64,000 nucleotides of DNA, from the NCBI GenBank assembly GCA_045645865.1, contig JAZRJP010000019.1, forward strand, positions 9,651 to 73,650, given 5' to 3'. The translations under genes and the position numbers were made by a program. The number at the start of each line of letters is the position of its first letter. Position 1 is the first letter of the stretch. Shown here in pieces: positions 11,955 to 18,198 of this stretch. The notes under the pieces were generated by a model, which was not told where the DNA came from, ran no database searches, and was given only the letters and a program-made list of their open reading frames with translations. The stretch comes from Christensenellaceae bacterium (GTDB taxonomy: Bacteria; Bacillota; Clostridia; Christensenellales; Borkfalkiaceae).

Positions 11955-14393
11955 ATGAATATGCACGAAATTGAAAAGAAATGGCAACAAAAATGGGAGA
12001 AAAGCAAAATTAATAATTTTGACAAGAAAAATATTGACAAAAAATATTATTGCTTAGAAATGTTTTCATATCCTTCTGCTGCTAAACTTCACGTTGGTCA
12101 CTGGTACAACTATGGTCCTACTGATAGTTTTGCAAGATATAAAAAAATGAAAGGATTTGAAATTTTTCAACCTATGGGCTTTGACGCTTTTGGTCTTCCT
12201 GCTGAAAACTATGCTATTAAAACAGGTGTTCATCCGTTAGATTCTACCGTTTCTAATATTGAAACGATGGAAAATACTTTGCGTGATATGGGCGCTATGT
12301 TCGATTGGTCGCAAGAAATCAAAACTTGTATGCCCGACTATTATAAATGGACTCAATGGATATTTTTACAACTTTACAAAAACGGACTTGCTTATAGAAA
12401 AGAAGCCCCTGTAAACTGGTGTCCAAGTTGTCAAACGGTTCTTGCTAACGAACAAGTTATTCAAGGCGAATGCGAAAGATGTCACTCTACGGTAATTCAA
12501 AAAAATCTTACTCAATGGTTCTTCAAAATCACTAATTATGCCGAAGAACTTTTACAAGGTTTAAACGACTTAGATTGGCCAGAAAAAACAAAGTCAATGC
12601 AAAAAAACTGGATAGGTAAATCTATCGGTGGCGAAATTTTATTTAAGTGTGAAAACGGCGTTGACGAATTTAAAGTATTTACTACAAGAGCCGATACGGT
12701 TTTTGGTGTTTCTTACGTTGTTTTGGCTCCTGAACATCCACTTGTTAAGAAGTTAATGACTAAAAAACAAAGTGAAGAAGTTTTAAAATATATCGAATAC
12801 ACTTCAAAAACAAAAGAAATTGACAGACTTTCACTTGATAGAGAAAAAACCGGCGTATTTACGGGTGCATATTGTATCAACCCTGTAAACGGCAAAAAAG
12901 TTCCTATTTGGATTAGTGATTACGTTTTATATTCTTATGGTACGGGTTGTGTTATGGGCGTTCCTGCTCACGATGAAAGAGACTTTGTATTTGCTACTAA
13001 ATACGACTTACCTATTACCCGTGTTATTAAAAGTGCTAACGGCGAAAACGACGATTTACCTTACTGCAACGATGGCATTGTTGTTAATAGTATTGATTAC
13101 GACGGCTTAACAAGCGAAGAAGCGAGAAAGAAAATTTTAAGCGACTTACAAAAACAATCAAACGGCTCGTTCAAAATCAACTATCGTTTAAGAGACTGGC
13201 TTGTTTCTCGTCAAAGATATTGGGGTGCTCCTATTCCTATGGTATATTGTGAAAAGTGTGGCGAAGTTGCCGTACCAGAAGAACAATTGCCTGTTAAACT
13301 CCCTTATAACGTTGAATTTAAGCCTGACGGCAAGTCTCCACTTGCTAAATGCGAAGAATTTGTTAAGTGTAAATGTCCAAAATGTGGTGGTGATGCTGAA
13401 AGAGACGTCGATACGCTTGACACGTTCGTATGTTCAAGTTGGTATTTTTTAAGATATCCAGACGCACATAACGACAAGCAACCTTGGGACAAAAACCTTA
13501 TTAATAAAATGCTTCCTGTTGACAAATACGTTGGCGGTGCTGAACACGCTTGTATGCACCTTTTATATGCACGTTTCTTTACAAAAGCATTAAGAGATAT
13601 GGGTTATTTAGACTTTGACGAACCTTTTAAATCTCTTGTTCATCAAGGCGTAATTTTAGGACCTGACGGCAATAGAATGAGTAAGTCAAAAGGTAACGTT
13701 ATTTCTCCTGACGATTACGTTAAAGCGTACGGCTCTGATATATTTAGGCTTTACTTAATGTTCGGCTTCTCTTATACAGAAGGTGGCCCTTGGAACGACG
13801 GCGGTATTAAATCTACTGCTAAATTCTTAGATAGAGTTGAAAAATTAGTTCTTTCGGTTAATAGTTATAAAAATAATAAAGTCACTACTTTCGGTAGCGA
13901 AGAAAAACAACTTAATTACGTAAGGAACTACACTATCAAAAACGTTGACAGAGACGTTAATAACTTCTCGTTCAACACTGCCGTTGCAAGACTTATGGAA
14001 TACGTTACGGCTTTATATAAATACGACACGTTAGACGAACAAGTTAAAAACGTTGCATTCTTAAAAGAATGTATTAGCGACCTTGTATTACTTATTGCTC
14101 CTTTCGTTCCACACTTTGCCGAAGAATTATGGGAGACGTTAGGTAATAAAAAATCAATATTTACTGAAAGTTACCCTGTTTGCGACGAAACGGCACTTGT
14201 TAAAGACGAAGTTGAAGTTGCAATTCAAATTAATAGTAAAGTTAGAAGTAAAATGGTTATTTCAAGTTCTTTAACTAATGAAGAAATTGAAGACGCCGTT
14301 AAATCAAACGAAGTTATCGTTAAATTGCTTGAAGATAAGCAAATTAAAAAGATAATTATTATTAAAGGCAGACTTGTAAATATTATCGTTTAA
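11955..14393 (+). CDS. leuS: Leucine--tRNA ligase
   Basis: 812 aa with the HIGH-type motif LHVGHWYNY and the KMSKS-type motif RMSKSKGN. An extended -10 promoter (TGATATAAT) lies upstream at ~11899-11907. Confidence 0.95.
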   Translation: MNMHEIEKKWQQKWEKSKINNFDKKNIDKKYYCLEMFSYPSAAKLHVGHWYNYGPTDSFARYKKMKGFEIFQPMGFDAFGLPAENYAIKTGVHPLDSTVSNIETMENTLRDMGAMFDWSQEIKTCMPDYYKWTQWIFLQLYKNGLAYRKEAPVNWCPSCQTVLANEQVIQGECERCHSTVIQKNLTQWFFKITNYAEELLQGLNDLDWPEKTKSMQKNWIGKSIGGEILFKCENGVDEFKVFTTRADTVFGVSYVVLAPEHPLVKKLMTKKQSEEVLKYIEYTSKTKEIDRLSLDREKTGVFTGAYCINPVNGKKVPIWISDYVLYSYGTGCVMGVPAHDERDFVFATKYDLPITRVIKSANGENDDLPYCNDGIVVNSIDYDGLTSEEARKKILSDLQKQSNGSFKINYRLRDWLVSRQRYWGAPIPMVYCEKCGEVAVPEEQLPVKLPYNVEFKPDGKSPLAKCEEFVKCKCPKCGGDAERDVDTLDTFVCSSWYFLRYPDAHNDKQPWDKNLINKMLPVDKYVGGAEHACMHLLYARFFTKALRDMGYLDFDEPFKSLVHQGVILGPDGNRMSKSKGNVISPDDYVKAYGSDIFRLYLMFGFSYTEGGPWNDGGIKSTAKFLDRVEKLVLSVNSYKNNKVTTFGSEEKQLNYVRNYTIKNVDRDVNNFSFNTAVARLMEYVTALYKYDTLDEQVKNVAFLKECISDLVLLIAPFVPHFAEELWETLGNKKSIFTESYPVCDETALVKDEVEVAIQINSKVRSKMVISSSLTNEEIEDAVKSNEVIVKLLEDKQIKKIIIIKGRLVNIIV

Positions 14394-14460
14394 TAGTTAA
14401 AAAACATTAAAAAGCGTTGCATTTGCAACGCTTTTTGTTATTTTTTTTAATAATTATAAA
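14346..14460. repeat. Direct repeat copy 1 (leuS 3' end, bidirectional terminator and reverse complement of the last 4 proS codons)
   Basis: By my hand alignment it matches 16051-16162 except for a 1-nt indel in an A-run and a 2-nt indel in a T-run. Confidence 0.9.
14409..14436. terminator. Intrinsic terminator after leuS (inside repeat copy 1)
   Basis: AGCGTTGC (14413-14420) pairs with GCAACGCT (14425-14432). It is flanked by AAAA and TTTT. Confidence 0.8.
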
Positions 14461-14550
14461 AAAGCAAACGCTTTAAAAGGCGTTCCCTATAAGGGATTTT
14501 TAGAGAATTAAAAATTTATAGGAAATTGCACTTTCAAGCGGAGAAACAAT

Positions 14551-14581
14551 CAGATTCCACAAGGAGTCTGATTTTTCTTTT
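14551..14581 (+). terminator. Orphan intrinsic terminator-like hairpin in the left part of the insert
   Basis: CAGATTCC (14551-14558) pairs with GGAGTCTG (14563-14570) as 8 bp with one G-U. It has an ACAA loop and is followed by ATTTTTCTTTT. No ORF lies upstream of it. Confidence 0.5.
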
Positions 14582-14622
14582 ATTATGCCGAAATCAACTT
14601 TTTGAAAAGCTCTCATTAGGTA

Positions 14623-14651
14623 TTGATTTTTTTCGTAGGATATGGTATAAT
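14623..14651 (+). promoter_or_regulatory. Sigma-A type promoter with extended -10
   Basis: TTGATT (14623-14628), a 17-nt spacer that includes TG (14643-14644), then TATAAT (14646-14651). Confidence 0.6.
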
Positions 14652-14657
14652 GATTGT

Positions 14658-14808
14658 GCGACACAGTTAAATATTTTCGTCCTAAGTTTACGTTTGGTAA
14701 AAACGTAGGCTTTGCTTGCCATCTCTTAGGACGATGTGAACTGTGTCGCAACAGAAGCGAGACTGCGTTTTTCGGTGCGTGGTTTCGGCTGCGCACTTTT
14801 TTATTTTC
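14658..14808 (+). ncRNA. Candidate ~150-nt structured RNA (standalone sRNA or riboswitch-like leader), class unknown
   Basis: Nested perfect helices: 14657-14668/14739-14750 (12 bp), 14677-14686/14725-14734 (10 bp) and 14689-14695/14701-14707 (7 bp). A terminator follows at 14775-14782/14789-14796 plus a U-tract. No credible ORF overlaps it. Confidence 0.5.
14775..14807 (+). terminator. Intrinsic terminator ending the candidate RNA, 68 nt upstream of the first lipoprotein ATG
   Basis: GTGCGTGG pairs with CTGCGCAC (8 bp including two G-U). The loop is TTTCGG, followed by TTTTTTATTTT. Confidence 0.7.
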
Positions 14809-14875
14809 AAACTAATTTAGTATTTTAGTGAGTAAAAATTCTTTTATTTTCGTCTTCTATGCAAGGAGAATAACA

Positions 14876-14956
14876 ATGAAAAAGATTAAAAAATTATTAA
14901 CAATCGGGTTTGTGTGTTTGCTTATGCTTTGTATGAGTGTAAGCCTTATCGGGTGT
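14876..14956 (+). repeat. Conserved 5' signal-peptide module, copy 1
   Basis: 73 of 81 nt are identical to 15297-15377 by my alignment. The preceding GGAGAATAA-N4/5-ATG context is also shared. Confidence 0.8.
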
Positions 14957-15292
14957 AATAAGACGGGGCCGATTCCAAACGGTTATTATCGTATGAAAAA
15001 TCAAAAAGAAACTGTTTATCTATTTACTGAAAACGATATTCGCGATGGACATGGTTGGGTAATTGACGGGGATACAGCAGAGATGTGGGTAAGCGGTTCT
15101 TGTGATTATAAAGCAAAAATCGTTGAAAAAGACGGGGAGATTTATTTTGAAGGATATAAATATAGAACGCTGTTAGATATACTTCTTTGTGGCGGAAAGA
15201 AACAAGGAAATACCGACGTGTATCAAGTTGTATATGATGAAAGCGAACGAAGTATATTCTTGGCTCTCGTGGCTTTTCCACACGGAGAATAA
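14876..15292 (+). CDS. Putative lipoprotein, 138 aa, unknown function
   Basis: I moved the start to the ATG at 14876, which is preceded by AAGGAGA (14863-14869). The signal peptide MKKIKKLLTIGFVCLLMLCMSVSLIGC has an L-I-G-C lipobox. The GTG start in the ORF track has no RBS. Confidence 0.7.
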   Translation: MKKIKKLLTIGFVCLLMLCMSVSLIGCNKTGPIPNGYYRMKNQKETVYLFTENDIRDGHGWVIDGDTAEMWVSGSCDYKAKIVEKDGEIYFEGYKYRTLLDILLCGGKKQGNTDVYQVVYDESERSIFLALVAFPHGE

Positions 15293-15296
15293 AACT

Positions 15297-15377
15297 ATGA
15301 AAAAGATTAAAAAATTATTGACAATCGGGCTTGCGATTTTGCTTATGCTTTGTATGAGTGTAAGCCTTTCGGGGTGT
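15297..15377 (+). repeat. Conserved 5' signal-peptide module, copy 2
   Basis: See copy 1. A third, truncated occurrence (GGAATAAGAAAATGAAAAAGAT, 16037-16058) sits at the right insert junction. Confidence 0.8.
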
Positions 15378-16043
15378 ATATTCAAAAAATATGATACTTA
15401 CGATAGTGGGTATTTTATTTATCAAGTTTCTCACGAAAATGGCGAAGTATATATAATTGGGTTGACGGACTTGGGCAAAGAACAAGAATATTTGATTATA
15501 CCTGAAACGATAGACGGTAAAAAAGTAAATTGTATTAGTGAAATGACATTTGATGTTTATAGGACAAAAAGAAAGTATGGTAATCCAGAAGACATAAATT
15601 ATGAAAGTGAAAAATTAAAGAAAGTATTTGTTGTATCAGGTATTGGTATAATAAATGCGTGGGTAAGTTCAGGGCTTTTTTCAGACAAAGAAGTATTTTA
15701 TATTTCTAACGCCGACGTGAAATTTACAAATAAATTTTATCGCACAAGTCTTAAAGCAAACGAGGTTAGAACTACCGCAAACGTTTCTTATGATTACAAT
15801 TATGAAAATTCGCCTAATGACGGGTATTATTGGATTGATAATTATGGTTATGGCGAAAAAATCGAATATATCCCCGAACAACCTATCCGTGACGGGTACA
15901 CGTTCATCGGTTGGTATAAAGAAAGCGAGTGTATCAACGCGTGGAATTTTGAAACGGATACTCTACCGCAAGCACAATATGATGACCAAGAAAGAGAGAT
16001 TTATCAAGAAACAAAACTCTATGCAAAATGGATAAAGGAATAA
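15297..16043 (+). CDS. Putative surface lipoprotein, 248 aa, with a C-terminal Listeria-Bacteroides type repeat
   Basis: I moved the start to the ATG at 15297 (in frame with track ORF 15189-16043), preceded by GGAGA. The signal peptide ends in an L-S-G-C lipobox. The C-terminus PIRDGYTFIGWYKESECINAWNFETD...KLYAKW matches the GYxFxGWY...W.F...LYAkW repeat, and IIPETIDGKKVNCISEMTF resembles a BspA-type LRR unit. Confidence 0.7.
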   Translation: MKKIKKLLTIGLAILLMLCMSVSLSGCIFKKYDTYDSGYFIYQVSHENGEVYIIGLTDLGKEQEYLIIPETIDGKKVNCISEMTFDVYRTKRKYGNPEDINYESEKLKKVFVVSGIGIINAWVSSGLFSDKEVFYISNADVKFTNKFYRTSLKANEVRTTANVSYDYNYENSPNDGYYWIDNYGYGEKIEYIPEQPIRDGYTFIGWYKESECINAWNFETDTLPQAQYDDQEREIYQETKLYAKWIKE

Positions 16044-16050
16044 GAAAATG

Positions 16051-16162
16051 AAAAAGATAATTATTATTAAAGGCAGACTTGTAAATATTATCGTTTAATA
16101 GTTAAAAACATTAAAAAGCGTTGCATTTGCAACGCTTTTTGTTATTTTTTAATAATTATAAA
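16051..16162. repeat. Direct repeat copy 2 (pseudo leuS 3' end, terminator and true proS 3' end)
   Basis: Near-identical to 14346-14460. It contains the terminator hairpin at 16113-16140 and the real proS stop at 16149-16151. Confidence 0.9.
16113..16140. terminator. Intrinsic terminator serving proS and the lipoprotein genes (inside repeat copy 2)
   Basis: Same AGCGTTGC/GCAACGCT hairpin as 14409-14436, with A- and T-runs on either side. Confidence 0.8.
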
Positions 16163-17855
16163 CAAGTTTTAAAATTTCTTCAAAAGCACTATCAATAGGA
16201 GCAGTTAAAGAGAAACTTTTATCTCTTGCTACAATTTCAACAACGCTATTTTTAACGTTCCTTGGACTAACGATTACCCTTAAAGGTACACCTAAAAGGT
16301 CGGCGTCAGAAAACATAATTCCTGCACTTACCATTCTATCATCGTAGATAACTTCAACGCCTTTTTCTTGTAAATCGTTATACAATTTATCGGCAATTTC
16401 TTTAACTTCTTGATTATCTGAACGAACTGCACATAAATGCACTTGATAAGGTGCGATAGCCTTTGGCCAAATTGGGCCGTAATCATCGTGATGAACTTCG
16501 CAAATAGATGCCGCAAGACGACCAACACCGATACCATAACAACCCATAATTGGGTATTGCAAATTGCCGTCGCTATCAACGTAAGTCATATTCATTGATT
16601 TTGTGTATTTTGTGCCTAATTGAAAGATATTACCTACTTCAACCCCGCGTGAAACGGTGATAGAGTGTTTACCACAACAAGGACAAATACCACCTGCTTG
16701 AATTTTAGCAAAATCGTAAAATTCAGCGTTTTGAATATCCCTTTCAAAGTCAAGGCCACTATAATGGTAATCTGTTTTATTTGCACCACAAATAAGGTTA
16801 TTTAATCCTTTTAACGAACGGTCGTATAACACAATAAAGTCACCATTTAAGTCAACAGGACCTATAAAACCTGCCGTTAAGCCACAATTTTCAGTGATTA
16901 CTGCCGGGTGAATTTCAAAACCTAAATGGTTAGTTAATTTTGTTTCGTTTACTTCTAAATCGCCACGCAAGAATAATACGATATACTTATCGTCACTATT
17001 CCTTTGATAAATAACGGCTTTACAAGAAGATTTTTGGTCGCATTTTAAGAAAGAACATACTTCTTCGATAGTTTGTTGATTTGGCGTGTGTTCTAATTTT
17101 AAAAGATTAGATTTTTCGCTTCTATTATATTCTACGATATTTTCGGCGGCTTCCATATTAGCACGATAATCACATTCAGAACATATTGCGATTGTATCTT
17201 CACCTATATCGGTTAAAAGCATAAATTCGTGAGAAATGCTACCACCCATCATACCTGAGTCAGACTTAACAGAAACAACTTCGCCTATACCTGCCCTTTC
17301 AAAAATACGTTGGTAGGCTTTATGGCACTTTTCGTAATATTCTTCTAAATCTTGTTGGCTTGTGTGGAAAGAATATGCGTCTTTCATTGTAAATTCTCTA
17401 ACACGCATAAGACCAGATTTTGGTCTTGCTTCGTCACGGAATTTAGTTTGAATTTGGTATATCATAAACGGATATTTATTGTAACTTTGACCATATTCCC
17501 TAACAAGTTGAACGGCTGCTTCTTCGTGCGTCATACCTAAAACAAGCGGACTTTCATTCCTATCTTTAAAACGCACTAACTCTTTACCGATACTTTCATA
17601 TCTACCTGATTCACTCCATAAAGAAGCAGGCATTACTACGGGAAATTGAACTTCTTGTCCGTCAATTTTATCCATTTCTTCACGAATAATTTGTTCGATT
17701 TTACGTGTAATACGTTTTAACGGCATATATGAAGAAAAAATACCATTTGCAACGTATTTCATATAACCTCCACGCACCATTAATGCGTGACTATCTACCG
17801 TACAATCAGACGGTCTTTCTTTAAACCTTTCACCTACTAACTTTTCTAATTTCAT
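16149..17855 (-). CDS. proS: Proline--tRNA ligase (bacterial type with insertion/editing domain)
   Basis: 568 aa with class II aaRS motifs (FRDE..PKSGLMRVREFTMKDAYSF, GCYGIGVGRL) and a C-terminal anticodon-binding domain. Confidence 0.95.
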   Translation of the reverse strand: MKLEKLVGERFKERPSDCTVDSHALMVRGGYMKYVANGIFSSYMPLKRITRKIEQIIREEMDKIDGQEVQFPVVMPASLWSESGRYESIGKELVRFKDRNESPLVLGMTHEEAAVQLVREYGQSYNKYPFMIYQIQTKFRDEARPKSGLMRVREFTMKDAYSFHTSQQDLEEYYEKCHKAYQRIFERAGIGEVVSVKSDSGMMGGSISHEFMLLTDIGEDTIAICSECDYRANMEAAENIVEYNRSEKSNLLKLEHTPNQQTIEEVCSFLKCDQKSSCKAVIYQRNSDDKYIVLFLRGDLEVNETKLTNHLGFEIHPAVITENCGLTAGFIGPVDLNGDFIVLYDRSLKGLNNLICGANKTDYHYSGLDFERDIQNAEFYDFAKIQAGGICPCCGKHSITVSRGVEVGNIFQLGTKYTKSMNMTYVDSDGNLQYPIMGCYGIGVGRLAASICEVHHDDYGPIWPKAIAPYQVHLCAVRSDNQEVKEIADKLYNDLQEKGVEVIYDDRMVSAGIMFSDADLLGVPLRVIVSPRNVKNSVVEIVARDKSFSLTAPIDSAFEEILKLVYNY

Positions 17856-17867
17856 AAGAAACCCCTT

Positions 17868-18148
17868 TTTAAATATAAAAAGCCCTAAACTAACACTTTT
17901 TGTTAGTTTAGGGCGAACTATTTAGTCCGTGTTACCACCTAAATTCGGGCTTGCACCCGCACTTTGCGACAAAATGCCATCTCTATTACGGGAGAACCCG
18001 ACGTTGCTTACTATTAATTAAAAATTAATACTCACACGTGGCTCAAAGACAGGTTCAGAAACTTTTAGTTTAGGACTTGCACCAACCGCCCCTTCTCTTG
18101 ACACTTACGGTAACTTACTATTCTTTTCATAGCCTTTAATATTAAGTT
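17868..18148 (-). promoter_or_regulatory. T-box riboswitch leader of proS
   Basis: The reverse complement of 17927-17945 is AAUUUAGGUGGUAACACGG (T-box sequence). A terminator hairpin lies at rc 17882-17915 followed by a U-run. A Stem I AGAGA motif lies at rc 18094-18098. The candidate specifier is GAA-CCU-G (CCU = rc 18051-18053), which fits Pro. Confidence 0.8.
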
Positions 18149-18154
18149 ATTGTT

Positions 18155-18183
18155 ATTTTAGCATAAACGTTAAATAAAGTCAA
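18155..18183 (-). promoter_or_regulatory. Candidate proS promoter
   Basis: On the minus strand: TTGACT (rc 18178-18183), 17 nt, then TAAAAT (rc 18155-18160). Confidence 0.45.
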
Positions 18184-18198
18184 CGTGTTTTACTTACT

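Larger units (their letters stand above)
14461..16050 (+). other. Inserted accessory segment: orphan terminator, structured RNA and two lipoprotein genes
   Basis: It lies exactly between the two direct-repeat copies. Gly codon usage (many GGG) differs from the flanking genes, and it contains no mobility gene. Confidence 0.7.

Noticed and set aside
14657-14750. Integron attC-like site or retron msr/msd reading of the nested hairpins
   Set aside because: In attC the RYYYAAC core precedes GTTRRRY, but here GTT lies on the 5' arm and AAC on the 3' arm on either strand. No integron integrase or reverse transcriptase is present anywhere in the window, and no target duplication flanks the hairpin.
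14500-14796. 98-aa minus-strand ORF and 60-aa plus-strand ORF (14526-14708) covering the structured-RNA region
   Set aside because: They have no RBS, no recognisable protein features and odd composition (Arg/His/Ser-rich). They span the promoter and the perfectly paired stems, so the open frames are better explained as by-products of the palindromic sequence.
14828-15292. GTG start given in the ORF track for the first lipoprotein (and 15189 for the second)
   Set aside because: The upstream extensions lack an RBS. In the second case the extension overlaps the first gene out of frame. Internal ATGs at 14876 and 15297 have GGAG-type RBSs and give canonical lipoprotein signal peptides.
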